NCBI RefSeq assembly: GCF_003334255.1 | Contig: NZ_QOWU01000002.1 | Source: Escherichia coli | GTDB taxonomy: Bacteria; Pseudomonadota; Gammaproteobacteria; Enterobacterales; Enterobacteriaceae | Length of the DNA stretch: 64,000 nt | Strand: one strand, 5' to 3' | Notes under the pieces: generated by a model | Seen by the model: only the letters and a program-made list of their open reading frames with translations | The model's database searches: none | What the model was told of the DNA's origin: nothing | Shown here: in pieces, positions 44,493-55,414 of the stretch | How the letters are laid out: each line of letters begins with the position of its first letter | Position numbering within the stretch: position 1 is the first letter of the stretch | Position numbers and translations under genes: made by a program

Positions 44493-45152
44493 TTACGCTG
44501 CGGTCGGTTGGCGTAGCGGTATGGCACAAACGCGAGGATTAGCGGCCAGTGGCACAAACTGGCGGGTTGCGCCGTCAAAAGCTGCGATGCTGCCGCTTTC
44601 AATGTCGTAGACCCAGCCGTGCAGGGCGATCCGCCCCTCTTCGAGCGCCAGGCGCACCGATGGATGAGTTTGCAAATTAGCCAACTGAGCAATGACGTTT
44701 TCACGTACCATCGCCGCAGCTTTTGACGGTAAATCGGAATGCGGGCGCGCCTCATTAACGACGCGGGCTGAATCGGCATAACGCAGCCAGTGGGAGACGG
44801 CAGGCATATGGTCCATGCACTGACAGCTGGCAATGGCGGTCATCGCGCCACAGTTGGAATGACCACAAATCACAATGTCAGATACCCGAAGCGCAGCGAC
44901 GGCATACTCCACCGAAGCAGAAACGCCACCGGGTTCCGGCCCGTAGGAAGGGACGATATTGCCCGCGTTGCGAATAACGAACAGATCGCCAGGCTCACGT
45001 TGCGTCACCAGCTCAGGGACCAGACGGCTGTCGGAGCAGGAGATAAAAAGTGTGCGCGGGCTTTGCTGTGTCGCCAGCTGTTTAAACAAGGCTTCCCGCT
45101 TCGGAAATGCCTCGCGCTGGAATTTAAGGAATCCATCAATAATCTCTTTCAC
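44493..45152 (-). CDS. cynT: beta-class carbonic anhydrase
   Basis: 219 aa with CSDSR and HSNCG zinc-ligand motifs. Confidence 0.9.
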
Positions 45153-45260
45153 CGTTAACCTCTGTCTGTCTCTGGAATGAGAGGCAGACTACTCGCCGAT
45201 TGTCATAAGGTAAAAGTCTCATTTATGATGAGTTCCATTGGATTTACTTATAGGTTGCGA

Positions 45261-46160
45261 ATGCTCTCTCGACATATCAATTATTTTCTTGCCGTGGCTG
45301 AACATGGCAGCTTCACCCGTGCCGCCAGTGCGTTGCACGTCTCCCAACCTGCGCTTTCCCAGCAGATTCGCCAGTTAGAGGAGAGTTTAGGCGTGCCGCT
45401 GTTTGACCGTAGCGGGCGAACGATTCGTCTCACTGATGCAGGAGAAGTCTGGCGACAGTACGCCAGCCGGGCGTTACAGGAACTGGGGGCGGGTAAACGG
45501 GCGATTCATGATGTTGCCGATCTGACGCGAGGATCGCTGCGTATCGCCGTCACCCCCACCTTTACGAGCTACTTTATCGGCCCCTTAATGGCGGATTTCT
45601 ATGCGCGCTATCCCAGCATCACGCTCCAGCTACAGGAAATGTCGCAGGAGAAAATCGAGGATATGCTTTGCCGCGACGAGTTGGACGTTGGGATTGCCTT
45701 CGCGCCTGTGCATTCGCCGGAGCTGGAGGCAATTCCTTTACTGACAGAAAGTTTAGCGTTAGTCGTGGCGCAACATCATCCGCTGGCCGTCCATGAACAG
45801 GTGGCGTTGAGTCGCTTGCATGATGAAAAACTGGTCCTGCTCAGCGCGGAATTTGCCACCAGAGAGCAAATTGACCACTACTGCGAGAAAGCGGGGCTAC
45901 ATCCACAGGTGGTCATTGAGGCGAACTCAATTAGCGCGGTTCTGGAGCTGATTCGCCGCACTTCCCTTTCCACATTGTTACCAGCAGCGATTGCCACACA
46001 ACATGACGGGCTTAAAGCTATTTCTCTTGCCCCGCCACTACTGGAGAGAACGGCGGTTTTGTTGCGGCGGAAAAATAGCTGGCAGACAGCCGCCGCGAAG
46101 GCATTTTTGCACATGGCGTTGGATAAATGCGCGGTTGTTGGCGGAAATGAATCACGGTAG
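45261..46160 (+). CDS. cynR: LysR-family regulator of the cyn operon
   Basis: [44 protein letters not shown]..., 299 aa, divergent from cynT. Confidence 0.9.
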   Translation: MLSRHINYFLAVAEHGSFTRAASALHVSQPALSQQIRQLEESLGVPLFDRSGRTIRLTDAGEVWRQYASRALQELGAGKRAIHDVADLTRGSLRIAVTPTFTSYFIGPLMADFYARYPSITLQLQEMSQEKIEDMLCRDELDVGIAFAPVHSPELEAIPLLTESLALVVAQHHPLAVHEQVALSRLHDEKLVLLSAEFATREQIDHYCEKAGLHPQVVIEANSISAVLELIRRTSLSTLLPAAIATQHDGLKAISLAPPLLERTAVLLRRKNSWQTAAAKAFLHMALDKCAVVGGNESR

Positions 46161-46476
46161 CCGCTGACACAGGTCTGCGGCTGGAATTGCCTGATGCGCT
46201 ACGCTTATCAGGCCTACGAGTTCAGTGCTCTACGTAGGCCGGATAAGGCGTTCACGCCGCATCCGGCATAAACTACAGCTGGCAGACAGCCGCTGCGAAG
46301 GCATTTTTGCACATGGCGTTGGAGGAATGCGCGGTTGTTGGCGGGAATGAATCACGGTAGCCGCTGACACAGATCAGCGGCTGGAATTGCCTGATGCGCT
46401 ACGCTTATCAGGCCTACGAGTTCAGTGCTCTACGTAGGCCGGATAAGGCGTTCACGCCGCATCCGGCATAAACTAA
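46077..46476. repeat. tandem direct duplication, 2 x 200 bp (cynR 3' end plus REP pair)
   Basis: agctggcagacagccgc...atccggcataaacta occurs at 46077-46276 and again at 46277-46476 with a handful of substitutions. Confidence 0.85.
46277..46360 (+). pseudogene. duplicated cynR 3'-terminal fragment
   Basis: Second copy of the last ~84 bp of cynR including the ...gaatgaatcacggtag terminus, no upstream ORF. Confidence 0.5.
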
Positions 46477-46496
46477 GCTCGCTGTAACCCAGTCGT

Positions 46497-47780
46497 TCAA
46501 CGTTTGTAATCGATGGCTTCTGGCTGCTCCAGATATACGGTGGTTTGTGCCGGTTGTGTGCTGGCAATCACCTTGCCGCCACGTACCGAATAACGTACCG
46601 GAACCTGACGGCGCAGCGCATCAAACCCATTTTCAGCCGGCAGGATAATCAGGTTGGCGCTGTTTCCGGCGGCAATGCCGTAATCCTGCAAATTCAACGT
46701 CCTTGCGCTGTGGTGGGTGATTAAATTCAGGCCATCGTTAATCTGCCCGTAGCCCATCAACTGGCAAACATGCAGCCCCATATGCAGCACTTGCAGCATA
46801 TTCGCCGTTCCCAGCGGATACCACGGATCGAAGACATCATCGTGACCAAAGCAGACGTTAATGCCGGACTCCAGCATCTCTTTAACGCGCGTGATGCCGC
46901 GACGTTTTGGATACGTATCGAAACGTCCTTGCAGATGAATATTGACCAGCGGGTTGGCGACAAAGTTAATACCGGACATTTTCAGCAAGCGGAACAGGCG
47001 TGAGGTATACGCCCCGTTATAGGAGTGCATTGCCGTGGTGTGGCTGGCGGTGACTCGCGCGCCCATGCCTTCATGGTGCGCCAGGGCAGCAACGGTTTCG
47101 ACAAAGCGCGACTGCTCGTCATCGATCTCATCACAGTGAACGTCGATGAGACGGTCGTATTTTTGCGCCAGGGCGAAGGTTTTATGCAGCGACTCCACGC
47201 CGTATTCACGGGTAAATTCAAAATGCGGAATCGCCCCCACTACATCTGCCCCTAAGCGTAACGCCTCTTCCAGCAACGCTTCACCGTTGGGATACGACAA
47301 AATCCCTTCCTGAGGGAAGGCGACGATTTGCAGATCAATCCACGGCGCGACTTCCTGCTTCACTTCCAGCATTGCTTTCAGCGCAGTTAGCGTTGCATCC
47401 GAAACATCGACATGGGTACGCACATGCTGAATGCCGTTGGCAATCTGCCATTTCAGCGTTTGCCATGCGCGTTGTTTCACATCGTCATGGGTTAATAACG
47501 CTTTGCGCTCGGCCCAGCGTTCAATGCCTTCAAACAGCGTGCCGGACTGATTCCAGTTCGGTTGTCCGGCGGTTTGCGTGGTGTCCAGGTGAATATGTGG
47601 CTCCACAAACGGCGGTATAACTAAACCTTGTTCGGCATCCAGGCTGTTTTCAGTTATGGGCATCACGCCGGATTGCGCATCAATGGCGCTGATTTTTCCG
47701 TCCTGCAGATGAATCTGCCACAGCCCCTCTTCGCCTGGTAACCGGGCGTTAATAATTGTTTGTAAAGCGTTATTCGACAC
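46497..47780 (-). CDS. codA: cytosine deaminase, GTG start
   Basis: (V)[37 protein letters not shown]..., 427 aa; start overlaps the codB 3' end. Confidence 0.95.
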
Positions 47781-49029
47781 TGTTAGCCTCCACATGCGTC
47801 ATTGCTGCTGTCGTTTTACGATTCAAAATCGGGTTAAGGATCAGATAGCTCAGCGCGCCACCTAATACCGCGTTGACCGGAACAATTCCCGGTAACCAGT
47901 GGCCTGCAGCAATCCCCAAGGCGACCGCCAGAATCGCCACCCAATTGACACTCATCATACGCGTGGTCGCAAAGTGCTCATAGCGGCGACGGTTCATCAG
48001 ATAGTCGGCGATGATCACGCCACCCACTGGAGGAATAGCTGCCGAAAGGAAGGTCAACCAGCCGACAAAATTGTTATACAGCCATAATGCGCAGACCGTA
48101 CCGATAATACCGTTGATTACCGAAAGGGTTTTGCTCGACATCCCGGTAATGTTGGCGAAACCTAAACCCGACGCATAGAGTGCGTTATCGTTGGTGGTCC
48201 AGATATTCAGCCCCAGCACCACAATCGCAGGCAGCAGCAGGCCCTGAGCAATCATCACATCAGAGATATCCGCCATGCCCAGTGCCGCAGCGCCCGCTGC
48301 ACCGAAAATAAACATCAACGAGTTGCCGAGGAAAAAGGCCACCATCGCCACCAGCACCGCCAGTTTGGCATTGCGACCAAACCGGACAAAGTCAGCGGTG
48401 AGCGTACCCGCACTGATAAATGACCCCACAACCAGCGCCAGCGCGACATTGAAATCTAACGGTTGTGCGGGAACGACCGCTTTTAATGCGTCCAGGCCGC
48501 CCATGCCGTTAACAGCCAGCCACACGGAATAACCGCCCAGGCAGGCGATAGCCGGAACCGCAATCACCGAAAGAACCGTCAGCGCCGAAATGCCAAAAAA
48601 GACGGTGACGGTCATCAGTAAACCGGAAACGGCAATCAGCAAATTAATATCCAGCCCGGTTGCCTTACCCACCGGAATGGCAAACATCGCCACACCGACG
48701 CCAAACCAGCCAACCTGAGTTCCGCCCAGTAGCAGTGAAGGCAGCCATGAGCCTTTAACACCAAACGAGAAGCGAGCAAGAAGATGAGTGGTCAGGCCGG
48801 TTTTTGCGCCAATGTAACCGAGAAATGAAGTGTAAATACCGAGGAGAAGATTACCGATGAGAACTGCGAGGAAGAAATCATGATAGCTAAGACCGGTTCC
48901 GAGAGTGCCGCCGGTCCACATACTGGCGGAAAAGAAGGTTAATCCCAGCATGACGAACGTCAATGCCAATACCCCTTTCCGCGCCGACTGCGGGACTGGC
49001 CCCTGGCTAAAGTTGTTATCTTGCGACAC
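47770..49029 (-). CDS. codB: cytosine permease
   Basis: 419 aa [33 protein letters not shown]... Confidence 0.95.
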
Positions 49030-49181
49030 GAAATTCCCCCTTTTTGCTGTTTGAAACCCAAAAAATCCGCCGCATTCTATTCATCTGAAGATAAAAAGCA
49101 ATCGTTTTCGTGGGGAAATATATTTTTTATATGAATGAGTGCAAAAAGGTGGGGGAAAAATTATCGGTGTAAAAACAGTGG

Positions 49182-49350
49182 GTAGGCCTGATAAGACGCG
49201 TCAGCGTCGCATCAGGCATCTGAGCATGGTGTCGGATGCGACGCGAGCGCCTTATCCGACCTACGGTTCAGGTCCGTAGGCATGATAAAACGCGTCAGCG
49301 TCGCATCAGGCATCGGCACACAGTGCCGGATGCACCGCGCGACGCATCCG
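49182..49350. repeat. REP/BIME cluster between codB and prpE
   Basis: Alternating gtaggcctgataagacgcg... and ...cggatgcgacgcgagcgccttatccgacctac units. Confidence 0.8.
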
Positions 49351-49358
49351 ACAATAAC

Positions 49359-51245
49359 CTACTCTTCCATCGCCTGGCGGATCTGATCCAACGACGCAGG
49401 ATCATCAATGGTCGTCAGATCTCCAGGATCGCGTCCTTCGCAAATCGCCTGGATCGTGCGGCGCAGCATTTTTCCGGATCGCGTTTTTGGCAATTGCGAG
49501 ACAAACCAGACGTGCGCCGGGCGGCCAAAGTTGCCAATCTGGCTGTCCACCAGCGCCATAATCGCCTTCTCTTGCGAGTGCGCCACATCACGATCTTCCA
49601 GACTGTCGCTCTCTTTCGGAATGACAAACGCCACCGCCACCTGCCCTTTCAGCGCATCTTTCACCCCAACCACCGCCACTTCGGCAACGCCCGGATGGCT
49701 GGAGATACTCTCTTCAATCTCGCGCGTCCCCAGCCGATGCCCGGCAACGTTAATTACATCGTCAGTGCGCCCGAGAATAAAGTGATAACCGTCAGCGTCA
49801 CGGATGCCCCAGTCAAAGGTGGCGTACACCGGGCGGGAAAACAGCGACCAGTAAGTCTTCACAAAGCGGCCGTCGTCGCCCCAGATGGTCTGAATACACC
49901 CCGGCGGCAGCGGCCCTTCCACCACCAGCATCCCTTTCTCGTTGACGCCACACGGTTCGCCGGTGACTTCATTAAGCAACTGCACGTTATAGCCATACAT
50001 CGGCACACCGGGGCTTCCCAGACGCGTCGGCCTGTCGTCCAGACCGCGAGCAATCGCCATAATCGGCCAGCCGGATTCGGTCTGCCAGTAGTTGTCGATG
50101 ACCGGCACATCCAGCGTATTGCTCACCCAACTGGCGGTCGGCTCGTCCAGCGGTTCTCCAGCCAGATAGAGCACTTCCAGCGACGAGAGATCGTGTTTGC
50201 GAATTTCAGCGGTAGGGAATTTTTTCAGCACGCGAATGGCGGTCGGCGCTGAGAACATCCGGCTAACCTGATATTTCTCGACGATTTTCCACCACACGCC
50301 GCAGTCCGGCCAGGTCGGCAATCCTTCGTAAACGATAGTCGCCATCCCCGCCAGCAGCGGCGCGTAAACGATATACGAATGCCCCACCACCCAGCCGATA
50401 TCCGATGCGCAAAAGAACACGCTGCCCGCTTTGCCGCCAAAAATGGTGTCCATCGAGGTCGCCAGCGCCACCGCATATCCGCCGACGTCACGCTGCACGC
50501 CTTTAGGTTTGCCGGTCGTGCCGGAAGTGTAGAGAATGCAGGAGGTTTCGTTGGATTCCAGCCACGCCACCGGTACCCGCGCGCCGATGTGTTGATGGCG
50601 CAACGACGCGAAATCGACATCCCGCCCGCTGACGCGCGCCATTTTCGCCAGCCCGCGATCCACCAGCAAAACATGGCGTGGCTGGTGCTGCGCCTGACTT
50701 ATCGCATCGTCGAGCAATTTTTTATAGGGAATGATTTTGCCACCGCGCGCTCCGGCATCAGCCGAGACAATCAGCACCGGTTTAGCGTCATCAATTCGCG
50801 CCGCCACGCTGTGCGAGGCAAATCCACCAAACACCACCGAGTGAATAGCGCCAATGCGCGCGCAGGCCAGCAGAGTAATATGCGCTTCGGCAATCATCGG
50901 CATATACACCAGCACCCGATCGCCGCGCTGCACACCCAATGAACGCAACATTGAGGCCACCGCGTTCACTTCGTCATGCAGCTGACGAAAGGTAAAGGTG
51001 CGCTCTTCTTCTGTTTCCGAAGAGACGGCAATCAGCGCCAGCGCCTCTGGCTGTTTCTCCAGCCAGCGGTCGATGGCGTTGTGGCACAAGTTGGTTCGGC
51101 CTTCACAAAACCAACGGGCAAACGGCGGATTGCTGTGATCGAGCGTTTGCGTAAAGGGCGTCTGCCAGTCAATACGCCGGGCCTGCTCGGCCCAGAACTG
51201 CTCCGGTTCGTTAATCGAACGCTGATAAAATTCGCTAAAAGACAT
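49359..51245 (-). CDS. prpE: propionate--CoA ligase
   Basis: 628 aa MSFSEFYQRSINEPEQFWAEQARRIDW... acyl-CoA synthetase. Confidence 0.95.
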   Translation of the reverse strand: MSFSEFYQRSINEPEQFWAEQARRIDWQTPFTQTLDHSNPPFARWFCEGRTNLCHNAIDRWLEKQPEALALIAVSSETEEERTFTFRQLHDEVNAVASMLRSLGVQRGDRVLVYMPMIAEAHITLLACARIGAIHSVVFGGFASHSVAARIDDAKPVLIVSADAGARGGKIIPYKKLLDDAISQAQHQPRHVLLVDRGLAKMARVSGRDVDFASLRHQHIGARVPVAWLESNETSCILYTSGTTGKPKGVQRDVGGYAVALATSMDTIFGGKAGSVFFCASDIGWVVGHSYIVYAPLLAGMATIVYEGLPTWPDCGVWWKIVEKYQVSRMFSAPTAIRVLKKFPTAEIRKHDLSSLEVLYLAGEPLDEPTASWVSNTLDVPVIDNYWQTESGWPIMAIARGLDDRPTRLGSPGVPMYGYNVQLLNEVTGEPCGVNEKGMLVVEGPLPPGCIQTIWGDDGRFVKTYWSLFSRPVYATFDWGIRDADGYHFILGRTDDVINVAGHRLGTREIEESISSHPGVAEVAVVGVKDALKGQVAVAFVIPKESDSLEDRDVAHSQEKAIMALVDSQIGNFGRPAHVWFVSQLPKTRSGKMLRRTIQAICEGRDPGDLTTIDDPASLDQIRQAMEE

Positions 51246-51284
51246 AATGCTCTCCTGTTGAACTTACGCCTTACCGCCGTTTAC

Positions 51285-52736
51285 TTAAATGACGTACAGG
51301 TCGAGATACTCATTGACCGGCATCTGTTCCAGGCGAGCTCTGTCGAGAGAAACCTCCAGAATGCGCTGCTGTTGGCGAGTCGGGAACTGGCGCGCGAGAT
51401 TGATTTTGAATTTATCGACCAGTTTCGGAATACCATCCTGACGGCGGCGAGCATGACCAATGGGGTACTCCACCACCACTTCTTCAAATCGTGTGCCGTC
51501 GGTGAACTCAAGGGTAATGGCATTGGCGATGGCGCGTTTTTCCGGGTCGTGGTAGTCAGCGGTAAATGCCGGATCTTCAAAGCAATTGATCTTCTCGCGC
51601 AGGGCGTCAATGCGTTTATCTTGCGCAACGTTGTCCTCGTAATCTGCCGCCGTTAAGCGCCCGAATAGCAGCGGGATCGCCACCATGTACTGAATGCAGT
51701 GATCGCGGTCTGCCGGGTTATTGAGCGGCCCTTTTTTGTCGATGATGCGAATACAGGCTTCGTGGGTGCGAATGGTCACTTTTTCGATATCCGCCGCCGT
51801 TTTGCCTGCTGCCTGCATCTGTTCATAGAGCGTCATCGCTGCTTCAACTGCCGTCTGGGAGTGGAACTCCGCCGGGAAGGAGATTTTGAACAGCACATTT
51901 TCCATAACGTAGGAACCGTACGGGCGCTGGAAGCGGAACGATTCACCTTTAAAGGAGACGTCGTAGAAGCCCCACACCGGCGCAGTCAGGGCTGACGGGT
52001 AACCCATTTCGCCCGTTTTCGCCATCAGTGCCAGACGTACCGCGCGGGAAGTGGCATCGCCCGCCGCCCAGGATTTACGCGTGCCGGTGTTCGGCGCATG
52101 GCGATAGGTGCGCAGCGACTGACCGTCCACCCACGCCAGCGAAACGGCGTTGAGAATTTCCTCGCGGGTCAGGCCGAGCATTTCGGCGACCACGGCGGTG
52201 GAAGCCACTTTCACTAACAGAACGTGGTCGAGGCCGACGCGGTTAAAGGAGTTTTCCAGCGCGATGCAGCCCTGAATTTCATGGGCTTTGATCATTGCGG
52301 TCAGCACCTGTTTCATGGTCAACGGCGCTTTGCCGCTGGCGACCGCGTTGCGCGAAAGCCAGTCCGCCGTTGCCAGAATGCCGCCGAGGTTGTCGGAAGG
52401 ATGGCCCCACTCCGCCGCCAGCCAGGTATCGTTGAAATCGAGCCAGCGGATCATCGCGCCGATGTTAAATGCCGCCTGGACGGGGTCGAGCTGGAACTGA
52501 GTTCCGGGGACGCGCACGCCGTTGGGTACGACGGTGCCGGGAACAATTGGCCCCAGCAGTTTTTTACAGGCCGGGTATTCGAGAGCTTCCAGACCGCAGC
52601 CGAGCGTGTCGAGCAGGCAGTAATGTGCGGTGTCGTAGGCCACTTTAGAGCTGATTTCGTAGTTCATGACGTAATCGACGATATCAACGATTTCACGATC
52701 AAATTCCGGGCGGATGTTGTTGATTTGAGCTGACAT
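51285..52736 (-). CDS. prpD: 2-methylcitrate dehydratase
   Basis: 483 aa [31 protein letters not shown]... Confidence 0.95.
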
Positions 52737-52769
52737 TGGGTACGTTTCCTTATTGTTATTCGTAGAGGT

Positions 52770-53939
52770 TTACTGGCGCTTATCCAGCGCGACAAACGGG
52801 CGGTCTTCCGGTCCAACATAATTGGCGGAAGGACGGATAATTTTGTTGTCCTGACGTTGTTCGATAATGTGCGCCGCCCAGCCGGTGACGCGGGCGATAA
52901 CAAACAGTGGTGTGAACATCTCGGTGGGAACGCCCATCATGTTGTAGGAAACAGCAGAGAACCAGTCGAGATTGGGGAACATCTTTTTGCTCTCCCACAT
53001 CACCGTTTCCAGGCGATCGGCGATGTTGTACATCTTCAGCGAGCCGCCTTCCTGCGAGAGCTGCTTCGCCACACGTTTAATCACCTGGTGGCGCGGGTCA
53101 GCGATGGTGTAAACCGGATGACCAAAACCAATGACCACTTCTTTGTTTTCCACGCGCTTGCGGATATCTGCTTCGGCTTCGTCCGGCGTTTCGTAGCGTT
53201 GCTGGATCTCCAGCGACACTTCATTCGCCCCGCCGTGTTTTGGCCCGCGCAGTGCGCCAATCGCGCCAATAATCGCGGAATACATATCAGAGCCGGTGCC
53301 CGCAATCACCCGACTGGTAAAGGTGGAGGCGTTAAACTCGTGTTCGGCGTACAGCACCAGCGAGATATGCATCGCCTTTTCCCAGCTTTGCGATGGCTTT
53401 TCGCCGTGCAGCAGATGCAGGAAGTGACCGCCGATGGAGTCGTCATCGGTTTCCGGTTGGATGCGTTCGCCGTTGTGGCTGTAGTGATACCAATAAAGGA
53501 GAATCGAGCTAAGCGACGCCAGCAGTTTGTCGGCAATATCCCGCGCGCCAGAGACGGTATGCCCCTCTTTTTCTGGCAGCGTGCAGCCGAGCGCGGAAAC
53601 ACCGGTGCGCATAACATCCATCGGGTGCGACGCCGCCGGTAAGGCTTCCAGCACGGTACGCACGTTAGCCGGTAAACCGCGCAGGGCTTTCAGTTTCGTT
53701 TTGTAAGCGGCGAGTTCGTCACGGGTCGGCAGTTTGCCGTGGATCAGCAGATGCGCCACTTCTTCAAATTCGCAATGTTTCGCCAGATCAAGAATATCGT
53801 AGCCGCGGTAATGCAGGTCATTGCCACTTTTACCCACGGTGCAGAGCGCCGTATTGCCCGCCGGAACGCCAGAAAGTGCCACAGATTTTTTCGGTTTAAT
53901 GACATGGGTACTGTTTTGCAGGATCGTTGTGTCGCTCAT
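52770..53939 (-). CDS. prpC: 2-methylcitrate synthase
   Basis: 389 aa citrate-synthase family. Confidence 0.95.
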   Translation of the reverse strand: MSDTTILQNSTHVIKPKKSVALSGVPAGNTALCTVGKSGNDLHYRGYDILDLAKHCEFEEVAHLLIHGKLPTRDELAAYKTKLKALRGLPANVRTVLEALPAASHPMDVMRTGVSALGCTLPEKEGHTVSGARDIADKLLASLSSILLYWYHYSHNGERIQPETDDDSIGGHFLHLLHGEKPSQSWEKAMHISLVLYAEHEFNASTFTSRVIAGTGSDMYSAIIGAIGALRGPKHGGANEVSLEIQQRYETPDEAEADIRKRVENKEVVIGFGHPVYTIADPRHQVIKRVAKQLSQEGGSLKMYNIADRLETVMWESKKMFPNLDWFSAVSYNMMGVPTEMFTPLFVIARVTGWAAHIIEQRQDNKIIRPSANYVGPEDRPFVALDKRQ

Positions 53940-53974
53940 GTTGTCCTCGTCATTGTTATCATTTGTAGGGTCGA

Positions 53975-54262
53975 GATTGTTGTCGGATGCGACGCTATGC
54001 GTCTTATCCGACCTACAGTTCAGTTCACCCCGTAGGCCTGATAAGTCGCGTCAGCGGCGCATCAGGCATCGGTTGTCGGATGCGACGCTATGCGTCTTAT
54101 CCGACCTACAGTTCAGTGCACCCCGTAGGCCTGATAAGTCACGTCAGCGGCGCATCAGGCATCGGTTGTCGGATGCGACGCCATCCGTCTTATCCGACCT
54201 ACAGTTCAGTGCACCTCGTAGGCCTGATAAGTCGCGTCAGCGACGCATCAGGCATCGGCTGT
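53975..54262. repeat. tandem REP/BIME array, 3 units of about 93 bp, inside the prpBCDE operon
   Basis: gtcggatgcgacgctatgcgtcttatccgacctacagttcag...gtaggcctgataagtcgcgtcagcggcgcatcaggcatcggtt repeated with starts at 53982, 54075, 54168. Confidence 0.85.
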
Positions 54263-54285
54263 CGAATACAATCAACGGGCGTTTT

Positions 54286-55176
54286 TTATTTCACCTGGCT
54301 ACGGGCAAACAGGTTGTCGAGCTTCTCTTCGTACTGGTAGTAGTTGATGCTTTCGTACAGCTCGTTGCGGGTCTGCATGGTGTCGATGACGCTTTTCTGC
54401 GTGCCTTCCTGGCGCAGGACGTTGTAGACATGTTCAGCGGCGCGGTTCATGGCGCGGAACGCTGAAAGTGGGTACAGCGCCATTGCGACATGGGCGCTGC
54501 GTAATTCGTCGGTGGTAAACAGCGGCGTGGCACCAAATTCGGTGATGTTGGCGAGGATCGGCACCTGCACCGCATCGGCAAACTGGCGGTACATGGCGAG
54601 TTCGGTAATCGCCTCCGGGAACAACATCTCGGCACCCGCTTCAACATAGGCCTGCGCACGCTCGATCGCCGCATCCAGCCCCTCTACCGCCAGAGCATCG
54701 GTGCGCGCCATGATCACAAAATCAGGATCGGTTTTCGCATCCACCGCCGCGCGGATCCGATCCACCATCTCTTCTTTCGAGACGATCGCTTTATTCGGAC
54801 GATGACCGCAGCGTTTCGCACCAACCTGATCTTCAATATGCAATCCTGCCGCACCGGCTTTAATCATCGATTTCACGGTGCGCGCCACGTTAAAGGCCGA
54901 AGAACCAAAACCGATATCCGCATCCACCAGCAGCGGCAGCGAACAAACGTCGGTGATACGGCGAATGTCGGTCAGCACATCATCAAGGGTAGAAATACCG
55001 AGATCGGGCAGCCCCAGCGAACCTGCCGCCACGCCACCGCCAGAAAGATAAATTGCCTGATATCCGGCACGCTGCGCCAACAGCGCATGATTAGCGTTGA
55101 TGGTGCCAACAATCTGCAATGGATTTTCTTTAGTCAGTGCAGCGCGAAACGCTTTACCTGGAGAGTGTAGAGACAT
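54286..55176 (-). CDS. prpB: 2-methylisocitrate lyase
   Basis: 296 aa [48 protein letters not shown]... Confidence 0.95.
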   Translation of the reverse strand: MSLHSPGKAFRAALTKENPLQIVGTINANHALLAQRAGYQAIYLSGGGVAAGSLGLPDLGISTLDDVLTDIRRITDVCSLPLLVDADIGFGSSAFNVARTVKSMIKAGAAGLHIEDQVGAKRCGHRPNKAIVSKEEMVDRIRAAVDAKTDPDFVIMARTDALAVEGLDAAIERAQAYVEAGAEMLFPEAITELAMYRQFADAVQVPILANITEFGATPLFTTDELRSAHVAMALYPLSAFRAMNRAAEHVYNVLRQEGTQKSVIDTMQTRNELYESINYYQYEEKLDNLFARSQVK

Positions 55177-55222
55177 AGCCCATCCTTTGTTATCAACTTG
55201 TTATTTGCGTTGATAAAGACAA

Positions 55223-55238
55223 AGCAAGGGGTGTGCCA
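55223..55238 (-). promoter_or_regulatory. sigma-54 (-24/-12) promoter of prpBCDE
   Basis: Minus-strand TGGCAC-ACCCC-TTGCT matching TGGCAC-N5-TTGCW, upstream of prpB and divergent from the sigma-54 activator gene prpR. Confidence 0.6.
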
Positions 55239-55414
55239 CAATTGCCTTAATAAAATTAAATGTTTAATTTCAATTTGTTAGAGATAAAGTCATGAACTAA
55301 TCCGCAAATATGCGTTTCAGTTAACGTTTCAGGCAATGTTTCACCGCGTTTCATTGCAACAATTATGAAACAAGACTAAACCCAATATTCGGTTTCTTAA
55401 CTTTGCGGTGCGCT

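Noticed and set aside
49236-50252. 338-aa + strand ORF and several other long ORFs antisense to prpE
   Set aside because: Lie wholly within a confidently identified gene on the other strand; Arg/His-rich translation typical of antisense reading of GC-rich coding DNA. Same reasoning applied to 31813..32793 (antisense to mhpC), 29334..30176 (antisense to mhpE), 1018..1773 (antisense to proC), 52857..53642 (antisense to prpC) and 24672..25415 (antisense to frmA).
53821-54465. 214-aa and 117-aa ORFs spanning the prpC-prpB intergenic region
   Set aside because: Reading frames run through the three-unit REP/BIME array and their translations are themselves tandem-repetitive; repeat artefact.
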